Positions 8,090-16,873 are shown, counted from the first letter of the stretch. The stretch is DNA of 32,000 nt from Isachenkonia alkalipeptolytica (GCF_009910325.1 NZ_SUMG01000023.1:5141-37140); one strand, 5' to 3'. A program made the numbers and translations. Notes: a model not told the origin generated them from the sequence alone.

Positions 8090-10240
8090 TTATACGTCTT
8101 TCATGCTGAGGCCGACGCGGCCTCGCTTGAGGTCGATGTCTACCACTTTGACCTTTACGATGTCCCCTACGGAGACTACGTCCATGGGGTTTTTTACGTA
8201 TTTGTTGCTGAGCTTGGAGATATGGACCAGGCCGTCGTTTTTCAGGCCGATATCCACAAAGGCGCCGAAATCGATGACGTTTCGTACGGTGCCGGTGAGG
8301 ACCATGCCCTCTTCCAAATCCTCCAGCTTCAATACGTCAGTTTTAAGAATCGGCTTTTGAATGTCCTCCCGAGGGTCCCGGCCGGGCTTTTGCAGTTCAT
8401 CGGCGATGTCCTCTAACGTGGGAAGGCCGATTTCCAGCTCCGCCGCAAGAGATTTTTTATCCTTGGTTTTTAGCCGCTCTTTGATGTCGGTAAAGGCTTT
8501 CATCTCCCCTTTTTTCCAGTCGTAGTCCAAGGCGTCCAACAGCCCTTCTGCGGCTTTGTAGGACTCCGGGTGGACCGATGTGCGGTCCAGGGGATTTTTT
8601 CCGTTATAGATTCGAAGGAATCCGGCGGATTGAACAAAGGCCTGGGGGCCCAGTCTGGCCACTTTCTTGAGCTGTTTCCGGTCGGTAAACCGTCCGTTTT
8701 CCTCCCGGTACAGGGCGATGTTTTTCGCCACGGCTTTGGAGATCCCGGAGATGTACTCCAACAGCGACGCTGAAGCCGTATTTAAATCCACCCCCACGGC
8801 GTTTACCGCATCCTCCACCACCCCTTTCAGGGCTTCATCCAAACGCTTTTGATTCACATCATGCTGATACTGGCCCACACCGATATGCTTCGGATCGATT
8901 TTCACCAGCTCCGCTAGGGGGTCCTGGATTCTTCTGGCAATGGAAATGGCTCCACGGATGGATACATCAATATCCGGATACTCCTGCTGGGCGATTTTCG
9001 ACGCAGAGTACACCGAGGCCCCGGCTTCATTGACGATCATATAATAGACCTTTTCCTCCATTTCACTGATCATATCCGCCACAATCTGTTCCGATTCCCT
9101 TGAGGCGGTGCCGTTTCCGATGGCGATGATCTCGATGTTGTGCTTTTTGATCATCTCTTTCATGGTCTTTTTCGCCGCATCCACTTTGTTTTGGGGTGCG
9201 GTGGGGTAAAGGGTTTGATACTCCAAGAGTTTACCCGTATCGTCCACCACGGCCACCTTGCATCCTGTACGGAAAGCGGGGTCGTACCCCATCACCACTT
9301 TTCCGGAAATCGGCGGCTGAAGTAGCAGGGCTTTCAGGTTCTCCCCAAAGACTTTAATCGCTTTTTCTTCCGCGGTCTCCGTCAGATCGCTTCGGATTTC
9401 CCGCTCAATGGAGGGTTCGATCAGTCGTTTGTAGCTGTCTTCAATAGCGGCTTTCAGTAAATCGTAACCGACGGATTCGGAATTTTTGATTTCAAACTGC
9501 TCTAAATACCGCAGCACTTTATCCGTATCCATCTGAACTTTTACCTTTAGAAATTCTTCCTTCTCTCCCCGGTTCATGGCCAGCACCCGGTGGGGCGGCA
9601 GGGTTTTGATGGTCTCGGCATACTCGTAGTACATTTCGTAGACGGAATCCTCTTTCTTTGCCGCCTTGGACTCCATTATCCCTTCTTTAAAGGTCAGATC
9701 CCGGATTTTTTTACGATGTTTCGGATTGTCGGAAACCCACTCGGCGATGATGTCCGAGGCCCCGGTTAAGGCGTCCTCAAGGGTATGTACGTCCTTTTCC
9801 TCATCGATGTAGTTGGCTGCAAGATCCTCCAGGCTTCCCTTTTCGATTTCCTGCTCGTAAATGGTCTTCGCCAGGGGTTCCAGTCCCTTTTCCTTCGCCT
9901 TGGTGGCTCTGGTTCGACGCTTGGGCTTAAAGGGCCGGTAAATATCCTCCACCTCTTGCAGGCTTTTGGCCCCCTCAATGTTTTTGGCGATCTCCTCCGT
10001 GAGATTTCCCTGCTCTTCGATCAGACGTTTTACTTCGTCCTTTCTGGCGTAGAGATTTCGAAGATAGATTAAACGCTCCGATAAATCCCTGAGCACCTCA
10101 TCGCTGAGGCCTCCCGTCATCTCCTTTCGGTAACGGGCAATAAAGGGGATGGTATTTCCCTCATCAATGAGATTCAGCGTGTTTTGCACCTGGCTCTCTT
10201 TCAAATTGAACTCTTTGGTCAGTACCTTTACAACATCCAT
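8090..10240 (-). CDS. tex: Tex-like transcription accessory protein (YqgF/RuvC-like, HhH and C-terminal S1 domains)
   Basis: 716 aa. The N-terminus reads LNLIDEGNTIPFIARYRKE, an internal segment reads IAIGNGTASRE, and the C-terminal S1 domain reads GMVLTGTVRNVIDFGAFVDIG. Confidence 0.95.
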   Translation of the reverse strand: MDVVKVLTKEFNLKESQVQNTLNLIDEGNTIPFIARYRKEMTGGLSDEVLRDLSERLIYLRNLYARKDEVKRLIEEQGNLTEEIAKNIEGAKSLQEVEDIYRPFKPKRRTRATKAKEKGLEPLAKTIYEQEIEKGSLEDLAANYIDEEKDVHTLEDALTGASDIIAEWVSDNPKHRKKIRDLTFKEGIMESKAAKKEDSVYEMYYEYAETIKTLPPHRVLAMNRGEKEEFLKVKVQMDTDKVLRYLEQFEIKNSESVGYDLLKAAIEDSYKRLIEPSIEREIRSDLTETAEEKAIKVFGENLKALLLQPPISGKVVMGYDPAFRTGCKVAVVDDTGKLLEYQTLYPTAPQNKVDAAKKTMKEMIKKHNIEIIAIGNGTASRESEQIVADMISEMEEKVYYMIVNEAGASVYSASKIAQQEYPDIDVSIRGAISIARRIQDPLAELVKIDPKHIGVGQYQHDVNQKRLDEALKGVVEDAVNAVGVDLNTASASLLEYISGISKAVAKNIALYREENGRFTDRKQLKKVARLGPQAFVQSAGFLRIYNGKNPLDRTSVHPESYKAAEGLLDALDYDWKKGEMKAFTDIKERLKTKDKKSLAAELEIGLPTLEDIADELQKPGRDPREDIQKPILKTDVLKLEDLEEGMVLTGTVRNVIDFGAFVDIGLKNDGLVHISKLSNKYVKNPMDVVSVGDIVKVKVVDIDLKRGRVGLSMKDV

Positions 10241-10287
10241 TCCATTTCCTCCTTATAGATAAACATTTCCTAAAATTATTATAACAT

Positions 10288-10334
10288 AAAAAAAGCACCG
10301 ACAAGAATGGGGAATTTGCCCGTCTTGAAAGTGC
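10288..10334 (-). terminator. Candidate rho-independent terminator downstream of comFB
   Basis: On the minus strand the imperfect hairpin GCAC..CAAGA ... UCUUG..GUGC is followed by U7. Confidence 0.5.
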
Positions 10335-10410
10335 CCTTGATGATTTCATATTATTGCAAGCTTTGTACCTTCGATCGCCGGATTAGAATAAAAGTCCATG
10401 GAAAGAAACT

Positions 10411-10680
10411 CTAGGCCTCATCATGCTGGGGTTTCTCCGTTACTTTTTCTGCGGCCCGGATCAGTTCCCGCAGTACATCGGATTTAAACTGCAGGCTGAA
10501 CTCGTTTACTTTCGCATACAGACTTCCCTTTTCCGTTACCACATACATGGGCTTTAGGTTGTTCAGCGCGATCGCCTGCACATCCTCCTGACATTTTTCA
10601 CAGTTTTGGATATGCTCCTGATCCTTGATGACTTCGGATAAATGCTCCTCGACCAGAATTTCCATATAGTTTTTTATCAT
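10411..10680 (-). CDS. comFB: ComFB-family protein (late competence protein ComFB fold)
   Basis: Contains CEKCQEDVQAIALNNLKPMYVVT, the C-x2-C ... ALN.L.P.Y signature of ComFB. I prefer the start MIKNY at 10680, which has a G-rich RBS. Confidence 0.75.
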   Translation of the reverse strand: MIKNYMEILVEEHLSEVIKDQEHIQNCEKCQEDVQAIALNNLKPMYVVTEKGSLYAKVNEFSLQFKSDVLRELIRAAEKVTEKPQHDEA

Positions 10681-10843
10681 AGGAACCCCCCGCATAATTT
10701 ATTTTTCTCCATAGATACCCTTCTTCTCCGTCAGCTAAACCGTCTTTCTGATTTATAAAGGGATTCATGTAGAGATCTTCCAGGTCAATCCTCGGCGAGC
10801 AGGATTTATATTCAGCTAAAAATCCCTTCCTTTTAGCCTCTAC

Positions 10844-11332
10844 TTAGCCTCTGCCCAGACCGTTGTTATCATTCATCACATGATCCGTTAGATTGCCTTT
10901 GCCGTAGGTCATCCCCGCCACGATTTGCCGCTTTTTCTTTAGGTTCGGGTCGGCTTCCTGTTTTTCAATGCCTTCCGTGTCCTGCTTTTCACCAAGTTCC
11001 ACCCAGGCTTCATAAAGGGGCTTTAAGACTTTGATTCCCTCTTGCAGTTTCGCCGGAGCTTTTTCGGTTTTTCCCTGGGTGATCACTTTGTTCACGTATA
11101 CATATAGACTGCGGATATCCAAAGCGATTTGAGAGTCTCCCTGGGTGGTGGCGTTCAGCTCTGCGATAATGTCTCTTGTTTTTTCCACCTTTTCCCCTAG
11201 TAATTCTTCATTGGATTTTTCAATGGCGTAAACCGCCGCTTCCAAGTTCATCATCGCCGCCTCATACAGCACCGCCACAAGCTGGGCTTCATTGGCATTT
11301 GCAATTTTATTCGATAAATATTCCCGCTCCAT
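10844..11332 (-). CDS. FliS-like flagellin chaperone paralog with a roughly 50-aa C-terminal extension
   Basis: The start MEREYL at 11332 is preceded by a GAGGAGG RBS. The FliS-like pattern is A.EAQLVAVLYEAAMMNL..A ... IAELNATT.G ... IALDIRSLYVYVNKVI. The canonical fliS lies elsewhere in the window (28280-28660). Confidence 0.65.
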   Translation of the reverse strand: MEREYLSNKIANANEAQLVAVLYEAAMMNLEAAVYAIEKSNEELLGEKVEKTRDIIAELNATTQGDSQIALDIRSLYVYVNKVITQGKTEKAPAKLQEGIKVLKPLYEAWVELGEKQDTEGIEKQEADPNLKKKRQIVAGMTYGKGNLTDHVMNDNNGLGRG

Positions 11333-11363
11333 TATAAACCTCCTCGGTTTTTCTTCTTTCATT

Positions 11364-11438
11364 ATAAATCTAAACATAATAAGTCTAAACATATAAGCCT
11401 AAACATATAAGTCTAAACGTCGCTTTAAGTCTAAACGT
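11364..11438. repeat. Tandem array of 5 units with a 14-18 bp period (minus-strand unit GTTTAGACTTATAT)
   Basis: Read directly. It lies in the 5' region of the FliS paralog. Confidence 0.75.
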
Positions 11439-11523
11439 TGCTCGCAATTAAATACATGGATCCTTATAGGATTATGCACAAAGATCCTATGAAATTTCAT
11501 CACAGCACCCCTGCAAAAGTTTC

Positions 11524-11567
11524 CAAAATAGGGACACAGAAGAATTTAGGGGGGATTCCTCTGCGTC
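11524..11567 (-). terminator. Candidate terminator about 140 nt downstream of flagellin
   Basis: On the minus strand GACGCAGAGGAAU ... AUUCUUCUGUGUC forms 13 bp (two G-U pairs) and is followed by CCUAUUUU. Confidence 0.45.
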
Positions 11568-11705
11568 TCTTAAGTGATTGGTATGTTGATTTTAGTGAAC
11601 ATAACTGATTTGGTATGATTTTAAGTGATTACAAAACTGCTTACAATAATGTCAAAACCATTACCCGCTGTTTGGCTTAAAGCTGATTATTTTATCTGGG
11701 AGCCA

Positions 11706-13370
11706 TTAACCGCCTAATAGTTGTAGGACGGACTGTGGCATTTGGTTCGCTTGCGCAAGCATAGAGGTTCCTGCCTGGTTTAGGATGTTTAACTTCGTGT
11801 ACTCGGACATCTCCAGGGCCATATCCGCGTCCTCAATTCGAGATAATGCTGCGGTTAGGTTTTCGGTGGTGTTGTCCAGGTTTGCTGCGGTGTATTCCAG
11901 GCGATTTTGGATGGCGCCCAGGCCTCCTCGGAGTTCGGCGACATTTTTAATTGCGTTATCATATACTGTGATCGCCGCTGTAGCCGTTTCCTCAGTTGAG
12001 ACATTCAATGCATGTTCTTCCATACTAGAACTAAGACCATCGGTAACATTAGGAGTTTCTGTGAAAGTTGCACCCATTACACCGGGATTACCATGCAAGT
12101 CAACAGAACTGATGTTTAACTTTGTCGCCCGAATGTCTCCGACTTCTAGTCTAAAACCCTGTCCTTGGTTGGGTCCTACCTGTAGGTTAGTATTAAAGTT
12201 TTCTAACGTGCCTTCTAGATAAATTAAATGACCTTGGAAACCGGTATCTTTCGCTTGGATAGATAAGCGGTTGGAGAACTTAACATCGTTCATACCATCA
12301 TCATAGGCTCCATCGATCCCTAAGTTTACCCCATCAACATTTAAGTTTGTGATCTCAGAAACTAAATCTGCAGGACTTTTAAGTTTCGATTCACTGTCAT
12401 TATAAATATCAATCGCTCTATTTGTACCAGTATATGCTTCTTTTGAACTGTCGAAAAATTCAATGGTCTCTCTACCGATAGTTATTTTGGAACCTGCTTC
12501 CGGAAGCTTATTAAACATGAAAGACCCTTGAGCTTGACGAGTGCTGGATTCCGAAAGTCCTGCCCATCCGTCCTCTTCAACTGCATCTTCACCAAATATA
12601 TTTTCCATTGTACCCTCTATTTCAATGGTACTTCTTCCTCCTATGGAAGTGGTTTTTATTTCAATATATGTGTCATTTCCATCTACATATAAACTAGCTT
12701 CTGCGGCATCTCCTACAGCTTTATTTATCGCATTTTCCAAAGCTTTAGCTTTCAATTCATATCTTTCATCATCATCATCTTCTTCTATAGCAGTTACTTC
12801 ATTTAAGTAAACAATCTTCTCTTCATCATCTACAAAAATCGATAATCTGTCGGAACTGTCTATATCATCTAAACCATCCGACAGTTGTACCTCTGCAATT
12901 GCAGAACTTCCCGTACTCATTCTATGTACCGAAGTATTTGAGTTTTCCGCTTCATTTCCTCGCAACAAATTTCTCGTATTAAACTCTGTTCCGTTGGCGA
13001 TTCGGTTAATCTCCGAGGTTAGTTGATTTACTTCATCCTGGATGGCTTTTCGGTCATCGTTTGTTGAGGATCCATTGGCTGACTGTACCGCAAGCTCTCG
13101 CATTCGCTGTAGCATGGAGTGCACTTCGTTCATGGCACCCTCGGCGGTTTGGATTAAGGAAATTCCGTCTAACGTGTTTTGTGAAGCTTTTCGTAATCCT
13201 CTTACTTGGGCTTTCATCTTCTCCGAGATCGCCATGCCTGCGGCGTCGTCGGCGGCTTTGTTGATTCGCTTTCCTGAGGATAGTCTCTCAAGAACCCCCC
13301 CTAGGTTTCGGTTGGTTTGGTTTAACTGTCTGTGGGCATTTAGTGCCGGGATATTGTGATTAATTCGCAT
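11706..13370 (-). CDS. fliC: Flagellin with a large variable central domain
   Basis: 554 aa. The N-terminus reads MRINHNIPALNAHRQL..N and the C-terminus reads LSRIEDADMA.EM..YTK.NIL.QAGTSMLAQANQ.PQSVLQLL. About 300 aa of acidic, non-conserved sequence lie in between. Confidence 0.95.
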   Translation of the reverse strand: MRINHNIPALNAHRQLNQTNRNLGGVLERLSSGKRINKAADDAAGMAISEKMKAQVRGLRKASQNTLDGISLIQTAEGAMNEVHSMLQRMRELAVQSANGSSTNDDRKAIQDEVNQLTSEINRIANGTEFNTRNLLRGNEAENSNTSVHRMSTGSSAIAEVQLSDGLDDIDSSDRLSIFVDDEEKIVYLNEVTAIEEDDDDERYELKAKALENAINKAVGDAAEASLYVDGNDTYIEIKTTSIGGRSTIEIEGTMENIFGEDAVEEDGWAGLSESSTRQAQGSFMFNKLPEAGSKITIGRETIEFFDSSKEAYTGTNRAIDIYNDSESKLKSPADLVSEITNLNVDGVNLGIDGAYDDGMNDVKFSNRLSIQAKDTGFQGHLIYLEGTLENFNTNLQVGPNQGQGFRLEVGDIRATKLNISSVDLHGNPGVMGATFTETPNVTDGLSSSMEEHALNVSTEETATAAITVYDNAIKNVAELRGGLGAIQNRLEYTAANLDNTTENLTAALSRIEDADMALEMSEYTKLNILNQAGTSMLAQANQMPQSVLQLLGG

Positions 13371-13461
13371 AACATTTCCTCCTGTATTTTGAATTATGCT
13401 CCGTCATATTTTTCATCCGCATCCTTGCGTTTGATTATGGCCTTTTATTTGTCTAGTTAAT

Positions 13462-13490
13462 CTATCGACCTTTTCTTCTACAGTCTTTAG
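13462..13490 (-). promoter_or_regulatory. Sigma-D (sigma-28)-type promoter of flagellin
   Basis: On the minus strand, TAAA, a 16-nt spacer, then GTCGATAG, compared with the consensus TAAA-N15/16-GCCGATAA. Confidence 0.6.
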
Positions 13491-13533
13491 AGTTTTTGGG
13501 GGATTTTTATTTCATTTGATCGCGATTGTTTCT

Positions 13534-13821
13534 CTATTTCTTCGCCGCCTTCACCTGGTTCTCATCCACACTTTCTACGAACACCAAAACCTGTGCCACA
13601 ATCTCGTAAAGCTCCGGCGGGATGTCGGTACCCACTTCATATTCGATCAATTTCTTCACCAGCCTTTCGTCTTCGTAGATGGAGACCCCTTCCTCTTCCC
13701 CTCGCTTGATCATGTTTTCCGCCGCAACCCCTTTGCCCCTGGCGGTAACCCGGGGAACGTCGTGTTTTTGCACGTCGTATTTCAGCGCTACGGCCCGTTT
13801 TAGTTTTCTCTTCTTTTCCAT
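13534..13821 (-). CDS. Stand-alone FlhB C-terminal-domain protein (EscU/YscU/HrcU-family switch domain; YlqH-like)
   Basis: 95 aa. AVALKYD....VPRVTARGKGVAAENMIKRGEEEGVSIYEDERLVKKL..EV.IPPELYEIVAQVLVFV matches the soluble FlhB C domain. It has no TM region and no NPTH cleavage site. Confidence 0.85.
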   Translation of the reverse strand: MEKKRKLKRAVALKYDVQKHDVPRVTARGKGVAAENMIKRGEEEGVSIYEDERLVKKLIEYEVGTDIPPELYEIVAQVLVFVESVDENQVKAAKK

Positions 13822-13830
13822 GGTATCACC

Positions 13831-16767
13831 TTATACTTTCATGTCCAAAAGACCCCGTTTGTTCTTATCCAGATCCTTGATCTCATCGGCCAGGGACAGG
13901 GTGTGGATCCCCTCATCCACCTTGAAGGTAAGCTCCTTTAACTGATAACCCACTTCTCCCAGAAGTTTTTCCAGCTTTTCCCGGTAGCCCTCAATCACCT
14001 GCTGATTTTCGCCGTCTTCGATGCCGACTTTCATCACCACGTTTCTATGTTTCACCCCGAGGTACATGTTCACGTTTCCAAGGCTTTTCGTATCAAAGTT
14101 CAAGAGAATCGACATATCCTTGGGATCGATCTTTTTCGTCTTCTTCTCATCCTGCATCACATACATCTGCAAATTTTTCATCTCACCGCCGAACATCATG
14201 GGAAGCTGAAGTAGCGTGTCCTGGCGATTGACATTGGACTGGGTCTCGATGGCGGAAAGCACCCGCTCCCCGGATTCCCGCAGGGCGGAAAGCGTCCCCC
14301 GGTCCAGATTCTCCCGCTGGGATTCCATCTTTTCCATAAAGTTTGCAAAGGTCTGGTAGGGCTTTTGCTGTTGGAGGGTTCCGTTTTTTACGGCGGTGGC
14401 CATTTCTCCCAGTAGGGCTCTTCCTTCCTGGAGTAACTCCCGCATTTCCTTGGAGAAAATCCCCTGTTCTTCCCGAATCAGCATCTCCCGCTCCAGGGTA
14501 TCCACAAAACCTTTCATCTCTGCGCCGATTTGGCCTTTGTTGTTTAGAAAAGACGTCATTTGATAGGCCTCTTTTAAGTTCATCGGCACCTGATTTTTCA
14601 CCATTAGAGACAGTAGTCCCTCTTCCTTTGAAGCGTTCTTGCCGAGGCCTTCTTTTAAGGTATCCACCATATCTTGGATCCTTTGATAGGAAAGATCTTG
14701 CTTGTGCTCCTTTGCAAAGTCCTGCAGCGCTTTGTTCAGCTCTCCAAGTTCCATTTTTTCCGGTGTCAGCCCTTCCTTTTCCATCTGCTTCAAAAATTCG
14801 GGACTGATTTTATCTAATATATTGATGATACGGTTTTCCAAGGCCTTAATGCCGATGTCCTTCATCGGAGAATTGTTCGCGGTATTTATGTTTTGATTTC
14901 TCAGGTTATTTTTCGCCGCTAAGTTTAGATTCTCCGTGGGAATATCCATGGCCTTCAGTCCTTCCTGAAAGGCTTTTTCCGAGATTTTTCCCGTCAGTAA
15001 ATCCTGACTGAGTTTCAGGGCCTCCACCGTCTCCGGCAGCTGATTTTCCCTATGAAAAGCCATGGTGTTCGGCTCAATGCTTTTTAAAGTGTCCATCATC
15101 ATAAGCCGGTTAATTCCCCCGTCGAGGCCGGCTTTTGTTTCCGTTGGGGCGGCGCTTTGGTTTTCTACGGCGTCCCGGGCTTCTCCCAGTTCTAAGGCCA
15201 TCAGTTTTTCCATATCGATGGCGCCTCCCCTGAGATTTTGAAGGCCCAGTTTGATGCTGTCAAAGTTTTGCTGATGCTCAAAGAGCTGGACTAAGTTTTC
15301 CCGGTTGATGGCCATGCCGTTTTTAAGGAGGGCTTTGCCAAGGGCCAGATTTTGCTGTAGGGTTTCCTCTGTTTTCGGCTGCGCACTTTCCGCTGCCTTT
15401 TCTGCTGTAAGCTCCGCTGCCATTTCTTCCATGTTTTTAAGGCTTACCGGGATGCTTCGCCGCATATGCAGAGCCATATTTTCCGACTTTTGCCCCTCCA
15501 GGGCTTCCATACGCTCCAGCAGCCTAGCCTGTTCGCTGAGCCGTTGGCCTCCCTGCTCTTTTTGCACCTCCGCATCCTGTACCTCCCGAAGCAGGCCGGA
15601 TAGCTCCCGAAGATCCTTGCTTTCCAGATCTCCCTTGGCTTCAGATATCACGCTGGCCCGCTCGTAATTCAGATCCTTCGATACATGGGCGAGGCTGTCT
15701 TTTAACTCCCGGGCTTTTTCAAAGTTTTCCTTGGTCAGGGGGATTCCCCGGGCGATCATTTTTTTTGCCAGGGCTACTTCCTCCTTGCCGCTTTTAAGGC
15801 CTTCCCCTTCCAGCCGGGCGGCAATTTCTTTTTCCATTCCCTTTAAATCCTTCGCGCTAACCTCCTGGGGCTGAGTGCCGCCGTAGAGTTTGGAGACCAT
15901 CTTTCCAATGGCCCCGCCGGTTTTGATCGCTCCCGATACCACCGCATTTTTCATCTTATAGAGATTTTTAATGCTGGGGTCGATCTTATTTTTTATGGAA
16001 TCAATCAGATTCTCTTCCTTTAAATCCTTTAGGTTATCCAGCTTGGAAAAGGTTTCATGGATTTTGTTGATGTTTTCCTTACTCATCTCCCCGCCGGTTT
16101 TATGCACGGCTTTGATGATGTCGGTGATGTCCTTTCCCATTTTGCTTCCGTAGAGTTCCTTGGCCTTGGACTCCGCCTCCTCGGTGGACAGTTCTTTTTT
16201 AAAGGAAAAGAGTTTTTGCAGGAAGTTCGGTTTTTCTCCCTTGATTTTTTCCAGTTCATCGCCGATTTTTTGCAGGGAGTCCTTCTCAAGATCCACGTTT
16301 TTCTCCACCAGCTTTAGGGCCTTTTCATAGTCCAGTTCCGAGGACACCCGCTGCAACTGCTTTTTGCCGCCGATATAGCTTAGCAGGTTTTCCCGGGTCA
16401 GCTCCATGCCGAACTTTTCCAGGGTTTTCATGCCCTCAACGTGATCCTTCGTCGGGCTCAGCCCCATTTTCTCAATCAGCTTTTCATGAGGGCTTGAAGT
16501 TTTAGGATCCCCTGGGGTGTATTCCGATTTTTGCTGAATTTCCGCGGCCACGATATCCCGTTTTTCAATGGTTACGGAATCCCCCACGCTGGCATCGATT
16601 TCCGTTTTCAGTTGTGCCGTTAACATTTTATTCTCTCCGAGATCCACCCTTACGTCCTTGCCGGACTTCTCTAAGAGCACCCCTTGATATTTTTTGGATT
16701 TCAGTCCCGCGACGTAGCCTTCATTGAGGATTCGTTGAGACTGACTGTTTTGTATCGTATTATTCAT
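13831..16767 (-). CDS. Large repeat-rich FliK-like (hook-length-control-like) protein; function uncertain
   Basis: 978 aa from the ATG at 16767, with a GAGGGA RBS. The C-terminal ~100 aa (LQLPMMFGGEMKNLQMYVM ... NVVMKVGIEDGENQQVIEGYREKLEKLLGEVGY) resemble the FliK C-terminal Flg_hook domain. The body is Lys/Glu-rich and helical, with iterated G-h-x-h-T-x-E-N-h motifs. Its stop lies 9 nt upstream of the FlhB-C gene. Confidence 0.55.
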   Translation of the reverse strand: MNNTIQNSQSQRILNEGYVAGLKSKKYQGVLLEKSGKDVRVDLGENKMLTAQLKTEIDASVGDSVTIEKRDIVAAEIQQKSEYTPGDPKTSSPHEKLIEKMGLSPTKDHVEGMKTLEKFGMELTRENLLSYIGGKKQLQRVSSELDYEKALKLVEKNVDLEKDSLQKIGDELEKIKGEKPNFLQKLFSFKKELSTEEAESKAKELYGSKMGKDITDIIKAVHKTGGEMSKENINKIHETFSKLDNLKDLKEENLIDSIKNKIDPSIKNLYKMKNAVVSGAIKTGGAIGKMVSKLYGGTQPQEVSAKDLKGMEKEIAARLEGEGLKSGKEEVALAKKMIARGIPLTKENFEKARELKDSLAHVSKDLNYERASVISEAKGDLESKDLRELSGLLREVQDAEVQKEQGGQRLSEQARLLERMEALEGQKSENMALHMRRSIPVSLKNMEEMAAELTAEKAAESAQPKTEETLQQNLALGKALLKNGMAINRENLVQLFEHQQNFDSIKLGLQNLRGGAIDMEKLMALELGEARDAVENQSAAPTETKAGLDGGINRLMMMDTLKSIEPNTMAFHRENQLPETVEALKLSQDLLTGKISEKAFQEGLKAMDIPTENLNLAAKNNLRNQNINTANNSPMKDIGIKALENRIINILDKISPEFLKQMEKEGLTPEKMELGELNKALQDFAKEHKQDLSYQRIQDMVDTLKEGLGKNASKEEGLLSLMVKNQVPMNLKEAYQMTSFLNNKGQIGAEMKGFVDTLEREMLIREEQGIFSKEMRELLQEGRALLGEMATAVKNGTLQQQKPYQTFANFMEKMESQRENLDRGTLSALRESGERVLSAIETQSNVNRQDTLLQLPMMFGGEMKNLQMYVMQDEKKTKKIDPKDMSILLNFDTKSLGNVNMYLGVKHRNVVMKVGIEDGENQQVIEGYREKLEKLLGEVGYQLKELTFKVDEGIHTLSLADEIKDLDKNKRGLLDMKV

Positions 16768-16873
16768 TGCTTCCCTCACCTATTTTCCTTATGGATTGAG
16801 TTCTGTTTTCCTTTGATTCTTCTTCGCTTCTCCTTTGATTCTTCATTCATTGCAATTTTCTTCTTCTCTTATG

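Noticed and set aside
7877-8416. 179-aa plus-strand ORF
   Set aside because: It starts inside the 7873-7980 repeat array and then runs antisense to the strongly supported tex S1 domain. It has no RBS and no recognisable motifs.
14343-15667. Plus-strand ORFs (154 and 120 aa) inside the FliK-like gene
   Set aside because: They are antisense to a 978-aa ORF that has an RBS and is coupled to the FlhB-C gene. They are Ser/Pro/Leu/Arg-rich, which is typical of antisense frames of Lys/Glu-rich genes.
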